From Ostrea edulis (lineage: Eukaryota), in NCBI RefSeq assembly GCF_947568905.1, contig NC_079164.1, positions 92,008,001 through 92,072,000 of the forward strand: DNA of 64,000 bases, written 5' to 3'. Of this stretch, positions 48,230 to 58,987 are shown piece after piece. The position numbers and the translations under genes are program-made. How positions within the stretch are numbered: position 1 is the first letter of the stretch; the number at the start of each line of letters is the position of its first letter. Under the pieces are notes generated by a model. That model ran no database searches and was not told where the DNA came from. It saw only the letters and a list, made by a program, of their open reading frames with translations.

Positions 48230-49127
48230 AACAATAGGCCCATGGGCCACATCGCTCACCTGAGTCACCTTGGCTCATAATTAAAGATATTTCCTATATA
48301 TTCACATGTAAAACTTTGATCCCTATTGTGGCCCCATCCAACCCCCGGGGGCCATGATTTCAACAAACTTGAATCTGCACTATGTCAGGAAGCTTTCATG
48401 TAAATCTCAGCTTTTCTGGCTCAGTGGTTCTGGAGAAGATTTTTCCTATATATTTGTATGTAAAACTTTGATCCCCTATTGTGGCCCCATCCTACTCCTG
48501 GGGGCCATGATTTTAACAAACTTGAATCTTCACTATGTCAGGAAGCTTTCATGTATATTTCCAATTTCCTGGCCCAGTAGTTTTTGAGAAGAAGATTTTT
48601 TAAAGATTTTCCTTATATATTTGTATGTAAAACTTTGATCCCCTATTGTGGCCCCATCCTATCCTTGGGGGCTATGATTTTAACAGATTTCAACCTGCAC
48701 TTTGTTAGAAAGCTTTTGTGTAAATTTCCACTTTCTTGGCCCTGTAGTTTTTGAGAAGGAGATTTTTAAATATTTTTCCTATATATTTGTATGTAAAACT
48801 TTGATCCTCCCTTGTAGTCCCATCCTGCCCCCGTGGGCCATGATTTGAACAAACATGAATCTGCACTATGTCAGGGAGCTTTCATGTAAATTTCCACTTT
48901 CCTGGCCCAGTAGTTTTTGAGAAGATTTTAAAATATTTTTCCTATATATTTGTATGTAAAACTTTGATCTCCTATTGTGGCCCCATCCAACCCCCGGGGG
49001 CCATGATTTAGTTCTTGAGAAGATTTTTAAATGACCCACCCTATTTTTGTGATTTATCTACCTTTTGAAAGGGACATAGCCTTTCATTTCAATGAACTTG
49101 AAAGCCCTTCACCCAAGGATGCTTTTG

Positions 49128-49170
<43 letters not shown>

Positions 49171-49245
49171 TTGAAAATGTAAAAAGTTTACAGACAACAG
49201 GCGATCAGAAAAGTTCACTTGAGCTTTCAGCTCAGGTGAACTAAT
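48230..49245 (-). mobile_element. Helentron non-autonomous element carrying ~166-bp HindIII-type satellite monomers (Cg170-like)
   Basis: Ends AACAATAGGCCCATGGGCCACATCGCTCACCTGAG and TTGAGCTTTCAGCTCAGGTGAACTAA; four to five tandem monomers containing GGAAGCTTTC and TTTGATCCCCTATTGTGGCCCC. Confidence 0.82.
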
Positions 49246-49402
49246 AAAAACCCTTTCAATACTTTTCAGATTTGGGGGGGGGGGGGGGGGGGGGGGGGGA
49301 GACAAAAATATAGTTGCAATTATTGACTTAATACTTCATGGCAATACTCAGCTAGGCGATGATTTTTTAAATGAATAGATAAATATTACTGGTTCATATA
49401 TA

Positions 49403-49859
49403 CAGTGCTCCCTCGATATATTGCCAACTTTTGTTCAAGACGAATTTGGGCAATGAAGCGGGGGTGGCATTATAATGAATTCACCATTATGGACAATTTA
49501 CTGAGCAGTCAAAAGAAAGTCAATACCGTAAAGCTATTTGGACTCTCTTTTGTATAAAAATTATCTCGAGTTTAACTCGGCAATTATTAGTAATTAACCT
49601 AGCCACCTGCATACCTTGTCCAAACTGTCCCAATATCAAAGTACAGGTGTGATTACGGATGGATGTCAGGTAGTTGGCATTACTATCAAGGATAAGCCCT
49701 ATAAAATTTGACCATTTTGTAAAAAGCAGTGGCAAATAGCGTTATGCGGGGGTGGCATTATAACGGGTGTTAACATGGGAGGAAATCTGTTCTTTAGAAT
49801 TTTCAGGCAATAAGCGGGGGCGACATTATAATGGGGGACAATATATTGAGGGAGCACTG
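49403..49859. mobile_element. Tc1/mariner (pogo-like) MITE
   Basis: TA TSD; TIR CAGTGCTCCCTC(G/A)ATATATTG. Confidence 0.85.
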
Positions 49860-50506
49860 TATTTATATTTTCACCCATGTTTTAAAAGGAAGCCATTATG
49901 ATGATGTAGAGTACTTCCTTGAGTGGAAAAACTAATTTGTAAAATTTAAATACACAAAAATTAATCTGTACAGTTGCAATTTGACCCAATCTTGTAAAAG
50001 GAAATGTACTTAAAAATTTCCAGATTTACGTTAACTAGTTATTTTCATATGCCAAGAAAGCATTGACCAATAAGACTGAATCTGATGATGCAGATATAAG
50101 AAACAATACAATAATATGCATACTGTATTTCATTTTATTTTACAAATGATCTGTCAAAATGACAGCAACATAAACTGCATGTAGTTCTGTAAAACATGAT
50201 GAGAAGATAACATTTCTGGTTATGTTTCTTTTGAAAGGACATGTCTGGCTGACGAATTCGACAGATAGTGGAAATAAGTCCTCATGAAATATAAGTGATT
50301 TACTAACTATCTGAATAAGAAATACCCCATTGTTAATTGTGAGATTCAGATTTGCTTAATATGTAATACACAGCAGTACAGTAGCATGTCCATGATTATT
50401 CTGTCACCACTGTAGAAAGAGATGAAATTAAACATTGGAAATCTGATTGTATCACACAATATCAATACACAGGAATGCGTTAAAAGAGCTAAACTGTGAG
50501 TGGAAG

Positions 50507-52136
50507 TTATGAGCATTTCCAGGCCGATTTATTAAGTCTGTCCAGTTCCTTCACTTTTTTGTACCTCCATATATACCACAGAAAGCCCACAGCAATAAGA
50601 AGCAGGGATTCTATATAGTAGCCATCTAGTGTGGTCTTGCATGCACCTCCATGTTGGGTACATTGCTGGAAAAAAAAATTCACAGATACAGTAATAAGCA
50701 ACTAAAATGCACACACCTTAGGCATTAGAAGAATTGTTAACATTGCATTACCCGAGTTATCATTCTAAAGCTCATCAAAATACAGCTATAGACTGCAAAA
50801 TCATGAAATCTCTAAATACAGCTAGGGACTACAAAATCATGAAATCTCTAAATACAGCTAGAGATTGCAAAATCATGAAATCTCTGCAACACGGTATACA
50901 GTGAAACCTGTCTAACTCAACCTGCACTGGGGTCAAATTTTGGTCAGATTTATAGACAGGATGGTGGATTGCAGTGTCAAGTAGAAATGGGAATGAAAAT
51001 TTGGGTCAATGTTCATTTTTTACATTTCCTACCACAGAGCCACTTCATCCAACAATCCTCCTTTCAATGGTGGATAATTAGAAAATGGTGAAGTTTCTAA
51101 CTATCTTCTCAAAATTACTTGGTCAGAGTTGGCAAAATTTTTGTGATGGTCTCCTTATATAGTGTAGATAAAATATTGTTCAACTCCAGCCTCCAGTGCC
51201 AGGATGGGGCCACCAAAGGGATCCATGTTTAGATGTGGCAAAGTTGACCCCAACTTTGATGAATGACCTTGACCTCTATCTAGTTTTGACCTTAACCATT
51301 CAATTCATTGAAGTCTTTACCTTGTATAATTAAAATTTTATGACCAAGTTAAAGTTACAGACAACCGAAAAAATTAACAAACCAAAAACATGTCCCCAGA
51401 TGTTCAATCTCCATCACATAAAAATGTTTTAAAAGCTTCTGAAGAACAGCCATTAAAGCTACCACTGTAGTGAACAGTACAAAAGGGAACTGTACTGTCT
51501 CACTAGAGAGCTAGCTTTTCTAGTGATGTGATAGAGTCTCTCTCTTGATCTCACAAGTTAAGCAATGGCGAGCGTGATCAGCACTTGGCTGGGTGACCGC
51601 TACACGTTATACTGCATGTATTATTAGTGTACACAATATGCAAATGACATGTAGAGTATATATGCAATATTCATAGATGTTTCATATTTGTATAAAGTAA
51701 TCCTTTAGATGGGATCCAGACATGCTGCATTTTAACCCCACTATCTACTTCTCTATCTTTAATGTTACATGTATCCTATCTATAATAAATAGATGATGAC
51801 AGCTTACTTCATCTACAGGAGCTGAATTTTCACAACTACCATTTGCTCCAATACACTCTTTCCATGTCAAACCATCCACTAACCACAATGCCAGTGTGCT
51901 AGGCCAGTTACCACCTGAAATACACATAGTTTACAGACAATTCAATCAAGTCTTGAGAAATAAATCTTTCATCCTCTTGCAGTACTTTTGATAATAATTC
52001 TTTCATTTTAAAGGGCATAGACACAATTTTTATGCCCCCCCCCCCGATCGAAGATTGGGGGGCATATTGTTTTTGTCTTGTCTGTCATCCTGTCTGAAGC
52101 TTTAACCTTGCTAATAACTTTTGAACAGTAAGTACC

Positions 52137-52171
<35 letters not shown>

Positions 52172-52271
52172 CAAAAAGACTTTTCCGTGGGTACCAATAT
52201 TTTTTATCCGGTTACCTTGACCTTTTTGAAAACTTTAACCTTGCTTAAAACTTTTGAACAGTAAGTGCTAA

Positions 52272-52304
<33 letters not shown>

Positions 52305-52634
52305 CAATACCTTTCTGTGGGTACCAACATTTTTGACCCTGTGACCTTGGAGTTTGACCTACTTTTAAATTTTTTAAACTTTACTAATAAATTTTGAACA
52401 GTAAGTGCTAGAGCTTTGGTATTTCACATGAGTATTGTGACAAGACCTTTCCATGGGTACTAAACCTTTTGACCTTGACATCTGAACTACTTTTTAAAAA
52501 ATTTGACATTGGTCATAACTTCTAAATGGTAAATATCAGAGCTTTCACATTGCACATGAGCATTTCCTGTGACAAAATCTTTCTACTGTTACTAAGATAT
52601 TTGTCCTTGTGACCTTGGCCATCATTGGAATTGA

Positions 52635-52673
<39 letters not shown>

Positions 52674-55600
52674 CTGACTGATTGAAGTTGACAGGTTTTT
52701 TTTTTTATAGAAATAGAGATCATTTATAGATAAGTGGATTAAAATCATTTCATAGAGCATATACTTTGCATTTACATGTTTATCAACATGCTTTTCATAG
52801 CCAGGAAACCACGTGTGGAGATGAAAACACCAAGATTTCTAAAAAGTATGTCGCAAGAATTCAACATTTCGACATAATGATAAATCAATTTAGGAAGCAA
52901 GCACAAAGAAGAAAGAATAAAAAAGTTTTGTTGTAAAAGCTTTTTTTCAACAAAGCTATCAACTTTGGACCATGCTGATAGTTGAGTCACGTGACATGTA
53001 TATATAAACAGGGTTCGTGCCTTGTTTTGAAAGTGAAAAGTTCAGATGTCTCAAATACAACTTTGTGTCAGTTTTTGAAATTTAGCTTTGTTATGTTTTA
53101 CAGGGATCAAATACCATCATATTGTCAATTAAATATCTAAATAACTTTTTTGTACCCAATTCGTGTCCATGCCCCTTTAGTAACATTTATTCTCACCTTC
53201 TTAATATTTGTATGGATGCAACATGTAAAGATTAAGAAAAGAACAGAATGGATAAGGTGTTAAGTAGTGTCATTGCTAGCTTACCGAGATTGGATAAGGT
53301 GTTTTAAAAGTAGTGTCATTGCTAGCTTACCGAGATTGGATAAGGTGTTAAGTAGTGTCATTGCTAGCTTACCGAGATTGGATAAGGTGTTAAGTAGTGT
53401 CATGTAGGTGCCTCCTATAGCAGGGTCGCTGATCTTAGCGTGGAAAGCCATGGAGGATACAAACATGCTATACAGCGCCACCTATAACAAACCAAGTGCA
53501 TTGATTATTCTGTTTAAAACTACAGATGGTACAAAATGTGTACATTTTTGAAAAGCATACAATAACTGACTGCAGTTTGCTCATTTATAATAAATTATTG
53601 CACGAGTCACGAAAATTGAAATTACTTCTTTGTATGATAAAAGATGCCAAAACACCTGGAAATACATGTGCAAGGAAACTTACCTGATGAACAGCATAGG
53701 CAATTAATATAAATGCATAAAAAGAGGCTGGGAAAACTCCAGGACTGGTTTGTACACCATAAGACATCCACACCATGAAGGCATACACAAAGCCCAGTAG
53801 TAATCTGCCAATACAAAAAAATCAACACCCACTTCACGAAATATGCAGTATCTTTTTCTTCCAAAAGACCCAAAGAAAAAAAACCACAGGCTGGACTTTC
53901 TTTTACATTGATAAGTAAATGAACATTACCAATTACAATTCAGCTTCTTTATGTACAATAAAGTTATCATTCCATTTCAAAAGAGATTCTGGGATTAAAA
54001 ACCCGTGAATTGAAATGAATCTATCAGACACAAGTGCATGTATGTAATCCTTTTGCTTCAATGATTTTTTAACTACAGAATACAGTAATCCTTCTTCCTG
54101 AAAACACATAATAGTAAAACAGCCTTATAGCAAAGTGCTGGGGTTGAACAATTTTAATTCCTTATAAACGTAATTCATTGTACTCATGAAGTTCATTATA
54201 TGTTTTGATACTAGAGGGAATGAAAATCACTTGGCTGTAAATGTGAATTTATTGAGAGTGTTTATTGTTACTGTATTTTACTGTATGTAGGATAATTGAC
54301 CAGTCTTCTGTAGTAGGGCTATATGGACCCTGGATATAGGCCTGGATAGCTCAGTGGTTAGAACACCTGACTAGTAATGCATGGGTCCCAGGTTCGATTC
54401 CTGGTCCAGCCATATATTTTCTCCTTCCTACATTACAATACCTACCTAAATGGCATTGCACGCAGGAACACATCCATGGGGGTTGGACCTGCAGTGTATT
54501 TACTGATGATCAGTGGTAGAATGATTTGTATAGGAATCATGGGAATAGCAAACAGAGCCAGTGTCTCCTTCTTCATTCCAGCCTCAATCAACTTCAAACC
54601 TGTCATGGAGTCGGCAGCTGCAAATCCAATCTGTTCAGGAAAAATAGCGAATCTAATATTAATCAAGATTGGGGGCAAATCTAAATTTCATAATGAAAAT
54701 AAAATTGAAGGATTCTTCATGAGTGACATTTAGGTACCATATGAAACATTTCAGGTATGGCAAAACATTTGCTATGCCCCAACTCAAATTTCATTAAAGT
54801 ACTAGTTTGTTAATGTCTGACCTTGACTGTGAGAAGTATAATGGCATAAGAGATCACAGGAGGTAGGCGGATGACCTTGACTAGTTGTTTGTATGTGTCT
54901 ACGATGCCCTGCTCACTGTCTGCATCAGGATCATCAGCCTCGTGCTTCATTATCATCACCAGGGTTGTTGTCACAAAGAAAACAATGCCCCAGAAGAACA
55001 TGAATCCTAAGATACAAGTAGATTGTGTTACTATTTCAAAAACCAATGGATGTTCACTACCAATTTTAGCCTGATAAAAGTTTGTGATGTTAACATCACC
55101 TATATGCGGTTTTTAATGTAAAATATCATACTGTTGTGCTTACCAGCAAGAGTGACAACTCCAGTTTTCTGAGGTTCATGTCTCAAATACTTGTTGCAAA
55201 AATCAGCGGACTCTAAGGCTAAAAACAAAATGTTTCCCAGAAAATACCCTGCAGTTTGTCCAACAGAATTACATGTGCTTGCCCAGCCAACATTTCTCCT
55301 GCGAATAGAAATAATGTATGCATGTACAGGTTTTGATCATAAGTGTACGAATGTATAATAAGTCTACTTACCTTTGGAAATAAACATTATTTCAATTCAA
55401 TTGTTGAGATATTTCTGTATATTTACCTGGAGAGCATTGTCAGGGCCCAGCCGTCTACAGCTATGTCTTGGGTGGCAGCGAGGAAATTCAACATAAAGAA
55501 TATTGCTGTTAGCACATATATACTCACTCCTCCACCGTTGGTCTCCCGTCCTATCAAACTGTCTACTTGAAATGATAAGATTACCATGAAAACTCCAATC

Positions 55601-55971
55601 AGATATTGAATAGGAACCAACCAGCTCTTCCTTCTTCCAAAAGAAGACAAATACAAAGAATCCACAAGAGGTGCCCATATCAATTTCAGGCTAAATGGCC
55701 AGAACACGAAACTAAACACAGCTTGTTCTTTGTAACTAACACTTCTGCTTTGCAACAGCATAGGTACACTGCCCGCTACACCAAGGGGAATACCTTGAAG
55801 TAAATATAGAAATAACAACAAAGCCACATTGCCATAGTCTCCTTCTAAACCCCTCGAGTTATCTGTAGATTCCTCATGTCTTGTTCTGGTGGACACAGGT
55901 ACATGGGGGAATGAATCTTCTCCTAAATCTGTTTCCTCAACTGTGTGCCTGGTACTTCGCCTTGCTGCCAT
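50507..55971 (-). CDS. SLC33A1: Acetyl-coenzyme A transporter 1 (AT-1), about 521 aa, eight coding exons
   Basis: Exons 55971-55427, 55298-55144, 55006-54822, 54630-54446, 53804-53684, 53481-53373, 51914-51808 and 50665-50507 join in frame. Motifs: LLFLYLLQGIPLG, WPFSLKLIWAPLVD, RRKSWLVPIQYLIG, ATQDIAVDGWAL, DPAIGGTYMTLLNT.SNLGGNWP, DGYY. An in-frame upstream ATG exists at 56019. Confidence 0.95.
51466..51604 (+). mobile_element. 139-bp LTR-like element containing a 5S rRNA-derived internal promoter
   Basis: TGTAG...CTACA termini; 51539-51601 aligns ungapped to the metazoan 5S rRNA A-box to C-box segment (about 46 of 63 nt by hand against human 5S recalled from memory). No TSD seen. Confidence 0.65.
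52028..52673 (+). mobile_element. HINE with about four ~120-bp internal repeats
   Basis: 5' TATGCCCCC..GATCGAAGATTGGGGGGCATA hairpin; 3' CGGGGGCATTTGTGTTTCACAAACACATCTTG palindrome. Confidence 0.8.
53250..53403. repeat. 42-bp tandem repeat that duplicates an SLC33A1 exon end and 5' splice site
   Basis: Minus-strand unit ATGACACTACTTAACACCTTATCCAATCTCG|GTAAGCTAGCA, about 3.5 copies; the third has a 4-bp insertion. Confidence 0.95.
54309..54437 (+). mobile_element. Solo LTR with tRNA-like sequence (Helenus-like TRIM)
   Basis: TGTAGTAG...CATTACA termini; A box TAGCTCAGTGG at 54347-54357, B box GGTTCGATTCC at 54391-54401; homologous to the LTRs at 57187-57520. Confidence 0.75.
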
Positions 55972-56198
55972 TTTTGAGGTAGTCAATAAATATAGTGATT
56001 TAATAAGCTTCTTCAACATACACCATCTAGTAGAGTTGTTTTAAAGCTTCCATCTCTAAAATAAAAAGAAATAATTAGGAAATTTTACTCTAGACTTATT
56101 AAGTTTAAGCTACCATCTTCATACAGGGTTGCAAATTCATTGAAAACTCGTGATCACCATGTAAGCTCCTGACAAAAGCACTTCTGGGAGCCAACATC

Positions 56199-56317
56199 TG
56201 TAAAAGGAAGGGAGAAAATGCAACAGAATTTGAACCCAGGCTCCCTGAATATCTAGTCAGGTGTTCTACCAACTGAGCTATCTGGCCATCGGCAATCGAA
56301 CCCGGCTGACTGCTACA
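56199..56317 (-). mobile_element. Solo LTR with tRNA-like sequence and 4-bp TSD
   Basis: Minus strand TGTAGCAG...TAGCTCAGTTGG...GGTTCAAATTC...TTTTACA; CATC on both flanks (56195-56198 and 56318-56321). Confidence 0.82.
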
Positions 56318-56850
56318 CATCATATTCAAAGAGCACACAAATTTATGCATCAATTACTATTCCAAACTCTGTTGCCAGAAGGTTTCTTTTTATTGTGAGT
56401 TTTAAATTCCTTACCTTTCTATTCTGATGATTCAATTTCCAGCATTTTGGCTACATTAACCAATTTTTGTTCATAAAAAATCTAAGGTTGCCACATGGGC
56501 AAGTTTGGGTGCAATTGTAGCAATGAGTGGTGTCGATAGGTTGGTGCCAGAAACATGAACAGTTCAAACTATATTCAGAGCCTAGCATCTCATGTTTGAA
56601 GGAGTACACTTAACTCAACCGATGGAAACATCAAAACTTTTACCAATAAACACAATTTGTAAACTCCTTAATTAAGGGCAGTGTGTTGTAAATGGGGTGA
56701 TATACACTTTTATACAACTTTTTGTTTGGATTAAATAAAATGGAAATTTACATCAAAATAGCTTTATCTAGCTAATGAAATTAACTTGATGGAGCTCTTT
56801 ACCATTTAAAAGTTGTATAGATAAATCAAGAGAGTGTTGGACTTATTATG

Positions 56851-57157
56851 TGTGGTGGGCAGACAGGATCAGGGGTCAAGGTTCAAATGTTAGCCTGTTC
56901 CATTGCATTTCTCTCTCTGTTATATTTGGTGCAATAGACCAGCCCCTGGAATTGACAGGTGAAAATGCCTGTCAGAGGATATTAAAGATCTTGGGTTGAT
57001 AGTGTGAAGACATTTAAGGACGGAGGAATGTGGCTTTCAGACAGCTTTGATCGCTGGTGGCAAGATAGCTCAGTTAGTAGATTACCTGACTAAAGATTCA
57101 GGGGGCCAGGGTTCAAATTCCAGTCTGGAACGAAGTGTTTTTTCCCTTCCTGTTACA
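56851..57157 (+). mobile_element. Two-LTR TRIM with tRNA-like LTRs
   Basis: Eroded 5' LTR 56851-56924; PBS-like TGGTGC at 56927; purine tract AAGGACGGAGGAA at 57016-57028; 3' LTR TG...TGTTACA at 57029-57157 with A and B boxes. Confidence 0.75.
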
Positions 57158-57186
57158 AATCTGACAATAGATGTATTCATATATAC

Positions 57187-57520
57187 TGTAGTATAGGAGA
57201 GGAAAAATTTGTTGGCCAGACCAGAATCAAACCCTGCACTCCTGCATTACTAGTCAGGTCCTTTAACCACTGAGCTATCCAGGCCGATATCCACTGTCCG
57301 TATAACCCTTCCTCTTCCTTTTAATTTGTCTTTGAAGACATACAACCCAGATTCTTTTTGCCCCTGGCAGGACAACCTGCAGTGCAGGGGTGGTCAACGG
57401 TACCAACTGTAGTATAGAAGAGGAGAAAATCTGTGGTTGGACCCGGAATCAAACCTGGAATCCCTGCATAACTAGTCAGGTGCTCTAACCACTGAGCTAT
57501 CCAGGGCGATATCTACGGTC
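57187..57520 (-). mobile_element. Two-LTR TRIM with tRNA-like LTRs
   Basis: 5' LTR ~57520-57408 ending TACTACA; PBS TGGTACCGTTGACC at 57405-57392; PPT AAAAGGAAGAGGAA at 57322-57309; 3' LTR 57308-57187 ending TACTACA. Confidence 0.82.
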
Positions 57521-58812
57521 CATAATGATGATTAATCATGATCTATTTGTAGAATAATCTTCTGATAGCTGAATCCTCGTGTCTTGGAAGATAGATCCGC
57601 GAAATAAAGTTGTAAGAGGTAGATAAAGCAGCGACACCAGCTGGTGTCACTGAATTCCCACTTTTTAATATGGAGTCCGCTCTGACTCTCCCCCGCACAT
57701 GTCACAATATAAAAGCGGAGGTAAGAGTCAGAGGAATCTCGGATTACGGTCCATATAGCCCTTACTACTACAATACTTGGGTCACATATGTCATTACAAG
57801 TTTGTAGCTCAGCAGTGAGCACCTGCATTGAATATATATATATCACTATCATTCCAATTTTCAGCAATATGCAGTGAATTTAAACTGAAATTCTGACGGC
57901 CGCTATACTTGTTCAGAAATAGCTGTACAATCCAAACCGGCCATATGCTATTTTTGTTCCAAAAAAAGGCCTGAGAAAGCCGAGTCGATCCTCTTATACA
58001 AAACATGCCACATTTATTGAAATTCTATGTAAATGTTGGAAATATACTGTACCTGTCAATTCTGTAATCAGCTTTACACAAATTATTTCCTAATAATTTC
58101 AATATTCGACGTGGCGAAACACGATTGTTTATTTTTCCTGAACGTGTGATCGGATACCAACAGTAGTACTAAGAAAATTCGTTCAAAAGAAGAAGGGAAA
58201 AAAATCATCCTCTAGAAATAAGGAGATCCAACTCAATGATTAAATGATATTCATTGATTTTATAAAGCGAAAATTATAATGATACTAATTCAAGAATATA
58301 TCAAAAATAGGTATGAAGAATAAAGAACATTAAGCACGACTTATCATCTTTCTCAAAGTGAAAGTAGGAAAAACAGAAAACGTACAACGGTACATTATGA
58401 TTATTATAAACTGCGTTCTACAAACAAGTGACATGACAAATGTGAAATAAGGCAGGCTGAACGCATAATAATACTAGGTAATGCAATAACCCTGAAGAAG
58501 CGTCTGTTTTAAATCTATGTCGAAACACTTCGTTTATGTTTATATTCTGCTTTCTTGACTTGTCACAAAATAATTCATCATCATGAATTGCAAGTCTTAT
58601 AATCTGTTGTATCTCCTGATGTCGATAGCTAATATCAACAGTAGAACGTTTTTAGGACTGTCTTGTAATTGAACTGATTGGGCAACACTCGACAGTCAGA
58701 CTGGGCGATATTAACTGCGGCATTTTGACAAAGTTAAATTGTGATTTTCAATTTTCTATGAAATTGTCGGGTCCAGTTAGCAGTACCATCTCTATAGATT
58801 TATCAATCTATT

Positions 58813-58987
58813 TAAGGAATGACTTTAATTCTGGGGCAAGTTATATGAGTATAACCTGGTTTGGGTCAGTTTACGCTTTATGATCCGCGAAGCAAATCAT
58901 AAAAAAGAGTAAACTAGCTGTTACAGTAAACTGACCCAAACCAGGTTATACTTGTATAACTTGCCCCAGAATTAAAGTCATTCCTTA
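58813..58987. mobile_element. 175-bp MITE with 62-bp TIRs
   Basis: TAAGGAATGACTTTAATTCTGGGGCAAG... arms at 58813-58874 and 58926-58987 with 2 mismatches; probable TA target. Confidence 0.85.

Noticed and set aside
51539-51601. Functional 5S rRNA gene
   Set aside because: Only the central promoter segment is present; the 5' and 3' ends of 5S and the T-run terminator are absent.
54340-57510. Genuine tRNA genes
   Set aside because: A and B boxes are present, but the acceptor and anticodon stems do not pair convincingly, and the units sit inside TG...CA-bounded repeats.
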